From Dehalococcoidia bacterium (GTDB lineage: Bacteria; Chloroflexota; Dehalococcoidia; Bin125): 13,668 bases of DNA. The position numbers were made by a program, and so were the translations under genes. The DNA is taken from contig CAUVXV020000001.1 of assembly GCA_963555985.3 (NCBI GenBank), positions 1 through 13,668 of the forward strand, given 5' to 3'. How positions within the stretch are numbered: position 1 is the stretch's first letter; each line of letters begins with the position of its first letter. Below, in pieces: positions 1 through 8,257 of this stretch. Under the pieces are notes generated by a model that ran no database searches, was not told the DNA's origin, and saw only the letters and a list, made by a program, of their open reading frames with translations.

Positions 1-648
1 CGGGAGCCGTGGCCCGGGGTGCCGATCGAGGTGAGTTGGAGCCAGCAGATGTCTTTTTCGTTGGTGGCGACGGAGAAGATGTTGGCCTCTTCGCCCATCA
101 GCTGGGTTGAGCCGGCCAGCCTTGCCCTCGGAGAGTTCGAACTCGACATCGACGAGGTCGGGGCGGTTTTTGCAGAGCCAGTCCATGCCCCAGACTGAGC
201 CGGCCTCCTCGTCGGGGACGCCGCAGAAGACGAGGTCGCGCTTGAGCGGGACGTTGTTGCGCTTGAGTAGCAGCATCGTCATCAGGTGCATGATGCCGCA
301 ACCCTTCATGTCGACCGCGCCGCGCCCGTAGACCTTGCCGTCTTCGATGTGGCCCTCGAAGGCGGGCTTGGTCCAGTAGGCCTCCTCGACGGGAACGACG
401 TCGGTGTGGTTGCAGAGCATCATGGGGCGCTTGGAGCCGTCGCCGCGCAGCCAGGCGAAGACGGCTTCGCGCTCGGGCTGGATTTCGACGTACTCGACCT
501 CCATGCCTTCGTCGGCGAGGATGGTGCCGAGCCAGCGGGCGGCGGGTTTCTCGTTGCCCGGAGGGTTGGTGGTGTTGATCTGGAGGTAGTTGACGAAGTA
601 GTCAAGGGCCTGGTCGAAGACGGGCTGCCAGTCGATTTGGGTGGTCAT
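1..648 (-). CDS. M20/M25/M40 family metallopeptidase (ArgE/DapE/aminoacylase-like); 3' end outside the window; one frameshift near 114-125
   Basis: Not in the ORF track; translated by hand from ATG at 648 with SD AAGGAG upstream: [33 protein letters not shown]...[10 protein letters not shown]...[11 protein letters not shown]...VPDEEAGS...ELSEG. After removing one base it continues ...[24 protein letters not shown]. HxDVV, GRGxxDMK, DEE and GHxS are M20 signatures. Confidence 0.92.
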   Translation of the reverse strand, partial: MTTQIDWQPVFDQALDYFVNYLQINTTNPPGNEKPAARWLGTILADEGMEVEYVEIQPEREAVFAWLRGDGSKRPMMLCNHTDVVPVEEAYWTKPAFEGHIEDGKVYGRGAVDMKGCGIMHLMTMLLLKRNNVPLKRDLVFCGVPDEEAGSVWGMDWLCKNRPDLVDVEFELSEGKAGRLNPADGRRGQHLLRRHQRKRHLLAPTHLDRHPGPRLP

Positions 649-673
649 GGTCGGCTCCTTCGGGGTATGGCTG

Positions 674-681
674 AGAGTAGC
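674..681 (-). promoter_or_regulatory. Putative sigma70-type -10 element (GCTACTCT) of the peptidase gene
   Basis: GC-TANNNT about 25 nt upstream of the start codon; the same motif precedes six other genes in the window. Confidence 0.45.
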
Positions 682-766
682 GGTGTTCAGGTGTTCAGCG
701 GAGAATTTTTTCGGGTGCTCGAAATCGCGGATCTCCTGTGTTTTCTGGGATATTGGCGATCGGGGC

Positions 767-846
767 GTTCAGGTTTGTTCAGGTTTAGGCGTTCGGTGGT
801 GTTCGATTCCGTTCGATTCTGTTCGGTGGCGTTCGCTGGTGTTTGG
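767..846 (+). repeat. 10-bp-phased GTTC(G/A) direct repeats in the divergent intergenic region
   Basis: GTTCAGGTTT x2 (767-786), then GTTCG at 791, 801, 811, 821 and 831, and GTTTG at 841. Confidence 0.7.
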
Positions 847-1010
847 GTTTGGAGGGGGGTTGTTTGAGGATGTGTTGGTCTGTGTTGGGGCGTTTGGATG
901 GCGGGCATGGGAGCTTTGCAGCGGGTTTGGCGCGGGAATGGATCGTCGATCTTACAGGCACTGATGTTCGGTGATCAAGTTGGGGATGTGTCCTGGTGAA
1001 CTGTTCGGTC

Positions 1011-1018
1011 GGTATGCT
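1011..1018 (+). promoter_or_regulatory. Putative -10 element (GGTATGCT)
   Basis: TANNNT followed by SD GGAGAGG (1024-1030) and ATG at 1037. Confidence 0.45.
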
Positions 1019-1036
1019 GGGTCGGAGAGGGTTGTG

Positions 1037-1336
1037 ATGGCGATCTTCAACACGGCGCGGCTGCGAGACATCCTGGTGGGTGGGCAGATTGCGGAGGCGG
1101 AGCCGGCGACGGAGTTTGTTCAGGAGCTGGAGGAGCAGATGAGTGAAGCGCTCTCGGAGTACGCGACGCAGGATCGACTGAGCCTAGAGATCGGGCGAGT
1201 GCTGCGGGCGATCGCGGAGGCGGACGCGCGGGCAGCGGAGCGTGAGGCGCGGATCGTGAAGCTGATCATGCAGGCGGTAGGGATTCTGCTGGCGGGGACG
1301 GCGCTGGCGGTGGGAATCATTTTGGGGTTTGGCTAG
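1037..1336 (+). CDS. Small (99 aa) coiled-coil protein with a C-terminal membrane anchor (DUF1640/CCDC90-like architecture)
   Basis: SD GGAGAGG before ATG 1037. Helical E/A/R-rich body with a YAT..D..L motif and a hydrophobic tail (AVGILLAGTALAVGIILGFG). The family call is by resemblance only. Confidence 0.75.
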   Translation: MAIFNTARLRDILVGGQIAEAEPATEFVQELEEQMSEALSEYATQDRLSLEIGRVLRAIAEADARAAEREARIVKLIMQAVGILLAGTALAVGIILGFG

Positions 1337-1349
1337 AGGGCACAGCCGA

Positions 1350-2945
1350 CTAGGTCCCGGCTTCTGTTTGGCGGCGTTGGGCGATGCGGGCGGCGAGGTA
1401 GTCCATGTCGCGGTTGCCTTTGACGCGGTTGCACCAGCCGCAGAGGAGTTGGGTGTTGTCGGGGGTGTACTCGCCGCCGGCGGCGCCGGGGCGGATGCGG
1501 TCGATTTCGAGCAGGTGGATGGGCAAGGCGGTGTCGCAGCCCGGGCCGGCGCAGAGGGCGTGGGGGATCGGGTAGTGGTCGGCGGCGACCGACTGGCGCG
1601 CGAACAAGGCCGCTTTGAGTTCGGCTCTGGTCAGGGGCGGTTCGGTGATGTCGGTGCGCGTGGGGACGGCTCGGGTGACGTTGACGTCGTGGGCCCAGAT
1701 GGCGATGCCTTCGTCCTGTTCGCGGAGGCGTTTGCGGACGAGGATGCCGGCGCGGGGGGAGCGGTCCATGCCAACCCACTGGCGATTGAGGCGCTCGGCG
1801 GCGACGCAGGCGGTGGCGCAGCCGCAGAAGGGATCGAGCACCATGTCGCCCGGTCGGGAGGAGGCGGCGATCACGCGCTCGAGCAGGGCCAATGGCTTCT
1901 GGGTGTCCCAGGGCTGCCACTCTTTGGAGCCAGCCACGACCGGATTGATGTCGGCCCAGATCGTGCCGGGCACCTGTCCGGCCGTAGCCGCCAGGTAGCG
2001 CTTGAGTTCGGGCGTGCCGGTTCGCGTCCAATGGATGAGGCCGTGGGCATCGAGAGCGTCGAGGCGGTCGTGGACGCCCTCAATCGCTTCGTAGCCCGGG
2101 ATGATGTTCTCGGCGATCCAATCGGCGTACTCGCCCCGTCCGATTGCGCGGGGCACCGACCAACAGCGTCCGATCTCAGTGGGGTTGTAATCTCGCCAGG
2201 GCTGACCGCTCTCGCCGACGGAAATGCCGGGGCCGGTCAAGTCGCTTCGCCGCCATCGGCCTCTGGGGTCATTTCTGCCGCGACTGTATTCCCTCGTCAC
2301 GTAGCCGCGATCGAGCGCGCGCGCGACTCCCTCACGATCGAATAGAGATTCGTTTGACATTGCGTAAAACAGGAGATGGTCCGCGATTCGTCCAAAGCTG
2401 CCTGCGTCGTTATGAGCGCTGGTGCGCTGCCAGGTGATCATGTTGCGAAAGCTGGACCGCCCGAAGATGGCGTCCATGAGGGCTCCTAGCCACAAGCCTT
2501 CGGTGTCGTCGCAATGCAGGTAGATGCTGCCGGTGCGCTTGAGGATGCGGCGCATTTCGACCAGGCGCTCCCACATGAAGGTGAGGTAGGCTTGCGTGCC
2601 CGGTCCGACGGCTGCGCCGGCGGCGGCAATGACGTAGCCGGCGGGTTCGCCGTTGTCCAAGAGTTCCTGCAAGGTGCGCTGGTCGAGATCGTCGAGGGTG
2701 AAGGCGTCCTTGAACTTGTCGATGCCGTTGCCGCCGATCAGGTTTTCGAGGGCTTCGTCGTCGAGGTCGTCCTCGTCGGTGGGGTTGTCGTCCCAGTCGA
2801 GTTCGTCGGTGCCGATCGGCCACTGGTACTCGCCGCGGCTGTTGAAGGGCGGATCGAGATAGATGAGGTCGACGGAGTCGCTGTCGATGCCGCGCAGGCG
2901 CTTGAGGTTGTCGCCGATGTAGATGGTGCGGTTGCGGAGGTTCAC
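1350..2945 (-). CDS. Site-specific DNA amino-methyltransferase (N6_N4_Mtase, beta order) with a C-terminal HNH domain
   Basis: GTG start with SD GGAG. Motif IV LIYLDPPFN, then GSIYLHCD, a variable target-recognition region, TQKPLALLERVI and motif I VLDPFCGCAT. The C-terminus CAGPGC...EIDRIRP...GG....DNTQLLCGWCNRVKG is a Zn-binding HNH pattern. Confidence 0.93.
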   Translation of the reverse strand: MNLRNRTIYIGDNLKRLRGIDSDSVDLIYLDPPFNSRGEYQWPIGTDELDWDDNPTDEDDLDDEALENLIGGNGIDKFKDAFTLDDLDQRTLQELLDNGEPAGYVIAAAGAAVGPGTQAYLTFMWERLVEMRRILKRTGSIYLHCDDTEGLWLGALMDAIFGRSSFRNMITWQRTSAHNDAGSFGRIADHLLFYAMSNESLFDREGVARALDRGYVTREYSRGRNDPRGRWRRSDLTGPGISVGESGQPWRDYNPTEIGRCWSVPRAIGRGEYADWIAENIIPGYEAIEGVHDRLDALDAHGLIHWTRTGTPELKRYLAATAGQVPGTIWADINPVVAGSKEWQPWDTQKPLALLERVIAASSRPGDMVLDPFCGCATACVAAERLNRQWVGMDRSPRAGILVRKRLREQDEGIAIWAHDVNVTRAVPTRTDITEPPLTRAELKAALFARQSVAADHYPIPHALCAGPGCDTALPIHLLEIDRIRPGAAGGEYTPDNTQLLCGWCNRVKGNRDMDYLAARIAQRRQTEAGT

Positions 2946-2987
2946 GGATGTGCTCCGGTTTGCGGTGGTCGGTGATCCGCTGATCTC

Positions 2988-2995
2988 ACGCTAGC
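2988..2995 (-). promoter_or_regulatory. Putative -10 element (GCTAGCGT) of the MTase gene
   Basis: GC-TANNNT about 42 nt upstream of GTG 2945. Confidence 0.4.
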
Positions 2996-3123
2996 CGTTG
3001 TGCGGCGTTGGGCGACGTTCTTGGTCTTCCGCGCATACGTTCGCATGGACTGTCTGGTTTGGCAAGTGGGTGGGCGGTCTGTACATAGTGGGTGGGAATG
3101 TGCGGTGAGGTGTTCGTCCAGAT

Positions 3124-3164
3124 CCCTCTGTTGCTGCGTGACCTCCCCTTAACTGAGGAGGAGA
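3124..3164 (+). repeat. REP-like double-hairpin element, degenerate copy (family A)
   Basis: CCCTCTG-TTGC-TGC-GTGAC-CTCCCCTT-AACTG-AGGAGGAGA; aligns with the copies at 3197 and 10582. Confidence 0.65.
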
Positions 3165-3196
3165 GCTGGTGTACCGGAGAGGACTGCGGTGTTCTC

Positions 3197-3240
3197 ACCC
3201 CCTCTGCCCCGTTGGGGCATCTCCCCCTCAAGGGGGAGAT
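3197..3240 (+). repeat. REP-like double-hairpin element (family A)
   Basis: ACCCCCTC + TGCCCC-gtt-GGGGCA + ATCTCCCCCT-ca-AGGGGGAGAT (the two stems share the A at 3219); both inverted repeats are perfect. Confidence 0.8.
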
Positions 3241-3327
3241 CGATCAGGGTTTGCGTGCAAGTCTCCAGAGGAGAGAGAGGGTAGACCTCTGGCGTGTTGG
3301 CTCTTTGCCAGATAGAGTACGAAACGT

Positions 3328-6300
3328 ATGAGTCAGGCAGATTCTCCTCCGGTGTCCGCTTTGGACGATTTTCATCCGTTGGTTCGGGACTGGTTTGTCT
3401 CGCGCTTTGGGGGAGCGACGTTTGCGCAGGAGGATGGGTGGCCGGCGATTCGGACCCGGCGGGATGTGCTGCTGGCGGCTCCGACGGGGTCGGGGAAGAC
3501 GCTGACGGCGTTTCTGGCGGGGATTGACGATCTGGTGCGGGAAGGTGAGCGGGGGGCGCTGCCGGATGAGGTGCGGATTTTGTATGTGTCGCCGCTGAAG
3601 GCGCTTTCGAGTGATATCCGGCGGAACCTGGAGGAGCCGCTGCGGGAGATCCGGGCGCTGGCCGAGGAGCGGGGGGTGACGCTGCCGCGGATCCGGATGG
3701 GGCTGCGCACGGGGGATACGCCGCAGTCGGAGCGGCGGGCGATTGTGAAGAATCCGCCGCACATTTTGATTACGACGCCGGAATCGTTGTACCTGATGCT
3801 GACGGCGGAACAAAGCCGGGCGGTGCTGCGGACGGTGACGACGGTGATCGTGGATGAGATTCATGCGGTCGTGCGGGATAAGCGGGGATCGCATTTGGCG
3901 TTGTCGCTGGCGCGGTTGGATCATGTGGCCGAGCGGCGTCCGGTGCGGATTGGGTTGTCGGCGACGCAGAAGCCGATGGATCAGATTGCGGCGTTTTTGA
4001 CGGGGGTGGACGAAGAGGGCGCGGCGCTGCCCTGCCGGATTTTGGATTTGGGTCACAAGCGGGAGTTGCAGCTATGGCTCGAGACGACCGATGTTCCGAT
4101 TCCGGCGATCCCGACGCATGAGCTGTGGGACAGCATCTACGACCGTCTGGCAGAGTTGGCGGTGCAGCACCGGACGACGCTGATCTTCGTGAATACGCGG
4201 GCGCTGGCGGAACGGGTGGCGCACCGGCTGGGGGAGCGGGTGGGTAAGGAGAATGTGGCGGGGCATCATGGGTCGCTGGCGAAAGAGCGTCGGCAGGTGA
4301 TGGAGGAGCGGCTGAAGGCGGGCGATCTGAAGGCGGTGGTGGCGACGGCTTCGTTGGAGTTGGGGATTGATATCGGCAGCGTGGATCTGGTTTGTCAGAT
4401 CGGTTCGCCGAGACGAATTGCGACGTTCTTGCAGCGGGTGGGGCGTTCGGGGTCACGCGCTGGGGCGGGTACCGCACGGGGCGCTGTTCCCGACCTCGCT
4501 GGACGAGTTGGTGGAATGCGCGGCGATGGTGCGGGCGGTGCAGAGCGGGGATCTGGATCGGATTCGGCAGCCGGAGGCGCCGATTGAGGTGCTGGCGCAG
4601 CAGATCGTGGCGGAGACGGCGGCGGAATCGTGCAGCGAGGACGAGTTGTACGAGCGTTTCCGGCGGGCGGCGCCGTATCGGGGTCTGGCGCGGGAGACGT
4701 TTGACGAAACCGTAGAGATGCTGGCAACCGGCGTGGGCGAAGGCGGGGGGCGTTCGCGGCCGCTGGTGCATCGGGATCGGATCCAGGGGATGGTGCGGGC
4801 GCGGCGCGGGATCGCGTGCTGACGGCGATCGTGAACGGGGGGACGATCCCGGAGACCGGCGATTTTCGGGTGGTGAAGGAGCCGGAGGGTGCGTTCATCG
4901 GGACGGTGAACGAGGACTTTGCGATTGAGTCGCAGGCGGGGGATATTTTTCTGTTGGGCAGCACTTCGTGGCGGATCCGGCGGGTCGAGAGCAAGGGCGT
5001 GGTGCGAGTGGAGGACGCGCAGGGGTTGCCGCCGACGATCCCGTTCTGGCTGGGGGAAGCGCCCGGGCGGAGCGTTGAGTTGTCGCGTGAGGTGGGTTGT
5101 CTGCGGCGGGATGTGACGGAGACGATTGACGATGCGGAATCGACTTCGGCGCGGTTGCAGCGCGAGTGCGGGATGAACTCGGTCGCAGCGGAGCAGATGC
5201 TCGAGTACCTGGGTTCGGCGCAGGATGCGTTGCAGGTGATGCCGTCGGATACCGATGTGGTGTTCGAGCGCTTTTTCGACGAGGCGGGCGGGCAGCAGTT
5301 GGTGGTTCATGCGCCGTTCGGGTCGGGCGTGAACCGGGCCTGGGGTCTGGCGCTGCGCAAGCGCTTCTGCGTGCGCTTCGACTTCGAGTTGCAGGCGGCG
5401 GCGAACGAAGAGGGGATCATCCTCTCGCTGGGGCCGTCGCAGTCGTTCCCGCTGGAGGAGGCGTTTGGCTACCTGTCGGCGGAGAACGCGGAGCAGTCGC
5501 TGCGTCAGGCGGTGTTGTATGCGCCGTTCTGGAACACGCGCTGGCGCTGGGCGGCGACGCGGGCGCTGGCGGTACCGCGTCGTCGCGGGGGCAAGGAAGT
5601 GCCGCCGAATTTGCAGCGGATGATCGCGGACGATTTGCTGGCGGCGGTGTTCCCGGCTCAGGTGGGGTGTCAGGAGAATCTGGCCGGCCCGTTGGAGGTG
5701 CCCGATCATCCGCTGATCGCGCAAACGATGGATGACTGTCTGCACGAGGCGGTCGATACCGATGCGCTAGTGGGGGTGTTGGAGCGGATCGAGCGCGGCG
5801 AAATTCGGCTGCACGCTCGGGATACGGTGACGCCCTCGCCGATGGCGCAGAGCATTATCAACGTGAACCCGTTCGGGTTTCTCGACGATGCTCCGTTGGA
5901 GGAGCGGCGGGCGCGGGCGGTGATGACGCGGCGGACGCTGCCGGAACAGCAGCGGGATCTGGGTCGGCTGGATCCGGACGCGATTGATCGGGTGCGGGAG
6001 GAGGCGTTGCCGCCGGTTCGTGATGCGGACGAGCTGCATGAGTTGCTGATCTCGCTGGTGGCGTTGGGGGAGCGGAACCTGTCACATGTGCGCTCGCTGG
6101 CGGAAGAATTGGTTGCGGAGGGTCGGGCGGCGCTGGCGCGGACAGAGGACGGGGCGGTCTGGTTTGCGGCTGAGCACCTGTCGGCGATTCAGTTGCTGTT
6201 GCCGGAAGCGGTGATCGAACCGGCGCTGGAGGTGCCCGAAGCGGCGTTGATCGAGGTTGCGGATCGGGAGGATGCGCGGCTGCGGCTGGCGCGGGGTCAC

Positions 6301-7640
6301 ATGGAGGTCGTGGGGCCGATCACGGCGGCCGGGCTGTCGCGGCGGTGCGGGTTGTCGGCGCGGGATGTGGGCTATGCGCTGCAACAGCTTGAGGCGTACG
6401 GCGAGATCATGCGGGGACGGTTTAGCCCAGCGGAGTTCCTGGGCGAAGGGGAGGAAGAGTATTGCGACCGGCGGCTGCTGGCGCGGATTCACCGCTACAC
6501 GATCGCTCGGTTGCGAGCGGAGATCGAGCCGGTCACGGTGCAGCAGTACCTGCGCTTCCTGCTGCGCTGGCAGCGGCTGACACCGGATACGCGGTTGACG
6601 GGCAAGGCGGGGGTACGGGCGGTGATCGAGCAGTTGCAGGGGTTTGAGGCGCCGGCGGCTGCCTGGGAGCGGGATCTGCTGGCCCCGCGCGTGGCGGACT
6701 ATCGGGAGGCGTGGTTGGACGAACTGTGTTTGGCGGGGGAGATCGCGTGGGCGCGGTTGACGCCTCGGGCGGCGCGGCGCGCGCCGACCAAGTCGACGCC
6801 GATCACACTGGCGTTGCGGCGGGATTTCCGCTCGCTGCTGGCGGCGGTGCGGCGTCCTGCGCCAGCGCCGGCGGCTCGGGGGCGATCTGCGCCGCCGCCT
6901 GAACCGGATGTCGCCGAGCAGGTTCATGCCGACGGCGGGGCCGCGAGCCAGATTTTGCGGATGTTGAACGAGCGCGGGGCGCTGTTCTTCGATGAATTGG
7001 TGGACGGCACGCGACGGATCGCGACGGATGTGGAGAACGGGCTGCGCGAGTTGGTCGCGTCGGGGTTGGCTCATGCGGACGGATTCCAGGGCTTGCGGCA
7101 ACTGATTCGTCCGGCTCGTAACGGTCGGCGGCGGCGTCCGCGTTATGGCGGGGGCGGGGTGTTCATCGGGGAAGGTCCGGCCGGTCGCTGGGCGGCGTTG
7201 TCGCCGGTTGCGCCGCCGCCGGTGGATGCGGAAGAGGCGGATGAGTTGGCCGAGCGGATGGCTGTGCTCCTGCTGCGGCGCTACGGGGTGATCTCGCGCG
7301 AGTTGGCGACGCGAGAGAGTCTGACTCTCGCCTGGCGGGAGATTCTGCGTGCGCTGCGCCGCTTGGAGGCGCGTGGTGAGATTCGGGGCGGTCGCTTCAT
7401 TCAGGGTCTGATCGGGGAACAGTTTGCGTTGCCGCAAGCGCTCGATCAGTTGCGGGCCCGTGCGGCGCAAGGCGCTGGACGGGGGAGCGCGTGGTGATCG
7501 CGGCGGCGGATCCGTGCAATCTGGTGGGGATCTTGTTGCCGGGCGCGAAGGTGCCCTCGCGTCTGGGCGGGACGGTGACGCTGGTGGACGGGGCAGTGGA
7601 GGAGTCGGAGGCGTTGGCGGGGTCTGTAGCGGCGGATTAG
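3328..7640 (+). CDS. lhr: Lhr family SF2 DEAD/DEAH-box helicase, long form (~1435 aa); frameshifted at ~4450, ~4812, ~7458 and ~7483
   Basis: Motifs [49 protein letters not shown] and QRVGRSG/H. Lhr-specific [51 protein letters not shown] and AADP.NL also occur. Joins ORFs 3328-4587, 4367-4822, 4816-7497 and a tail ending at TAG 7640. Confidence 0.93.
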
Positions 7641-7662
7641 TCGTTGGGCGGCGGGCCTCCGT

Positions 7663-8188
7663 TCACTCCCACCGGTAGACCCGGCCAGCACGTGAATCCT
7701 CCAAGCCTTGTCTGACCTTCTCCCACAATTCCTCATCGGCGTGTACCGCCTTCAACAAGGCCTCGCGGTCGATTGGCTTCGGCTTGGGCACGGACCTTGC
7801 CAGGCCGGTGCGGAAGGGCACACGCATCTGTTCAAGATCGATCCGTCCTCCGTTCAGCCGGGCACTCTCGGCGAGCGCTTCCCAGCCGTACAGTTCGCCT
7901 ACGTGCGCGGTGCCCCGGACCGTGACGTTCGTAGATACCGCTGAGGAACTCGCGCGTCTCCGAATCGTCCGGCTCCTGAGCGCCTTCGCCGCCAATGTCG
8001 CTGAGCGCAATCACCGGTCCGGCATCGGAAACGTTGATCGGGTCGTCGAACAGGGGCTGTTTGAACATCAGCAGGGAAAATCCTTGTGCGGTGTAGAGCA
8101 GCGCCTGAAGCGTGCGCTCGTCAAGCGAGTCGCCACGCGACGCGGCGTGCGCGGTGAAGTATTGCGCGATCTCGTTCGCCGACGGCAT
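7663..8188 (-). CDS. Panacea (DUF4065/SocA/GepA-like) domain antitoxin-like protein, ~174 aa; frameshift at 7913-7916
   Basis: SANEIAQYF...LQALLYTAQG..L.MFKQPLFDDPI....AGPVI matches the Panacea pattern LQKLLYYAQG...PLF...I.AW..GPV. Removing one base joins it to ...LYGWEALA...EELWEKVRQGLEDSRAGRVYRWE. SD GAGGA favours ATG 8188; the alternative start is 8200. Confidence 0.75.
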
Positions 8189-8236
8189 TGGTGTCCTCAT
8201 TTCGTCGCTCAGCGGGGATGCTGGGGTAGCGTGTTC

Positions 8237-8244
8237 ACGATAGC
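8237..8244 (-). promoter_or_regulatory. Putative -10 element (GCTATCGT) of the Panacea gene
   Basis: GC-TANNNT in the short gap between recQ and the Panacea gene. Confidence 0.4.
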
Positions 8245-8257
8245 GGGAGCGGATTGG

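Noticed and set aside
3030-3043. Possible LexA box (CGCGCATACGTTCG) between the MTase gene and lhr
   Set aside because: Two mismatches in the GAAC half-site; too weak to call.
2986-3331. Short ORFs in the MTase-lhr intergenic region
   Set aside because: They run through REP-like palindromes and have no SD or recognisable protein features.
3244-7470. Long minus-strand ORFs opposite lhr, and similar shadow ORFs at 286-867, 1329-2345, 10670-11464 and 12748-13389
   Set aside because: Antisense shadows of real high-GC genes with no recognisable motifs.
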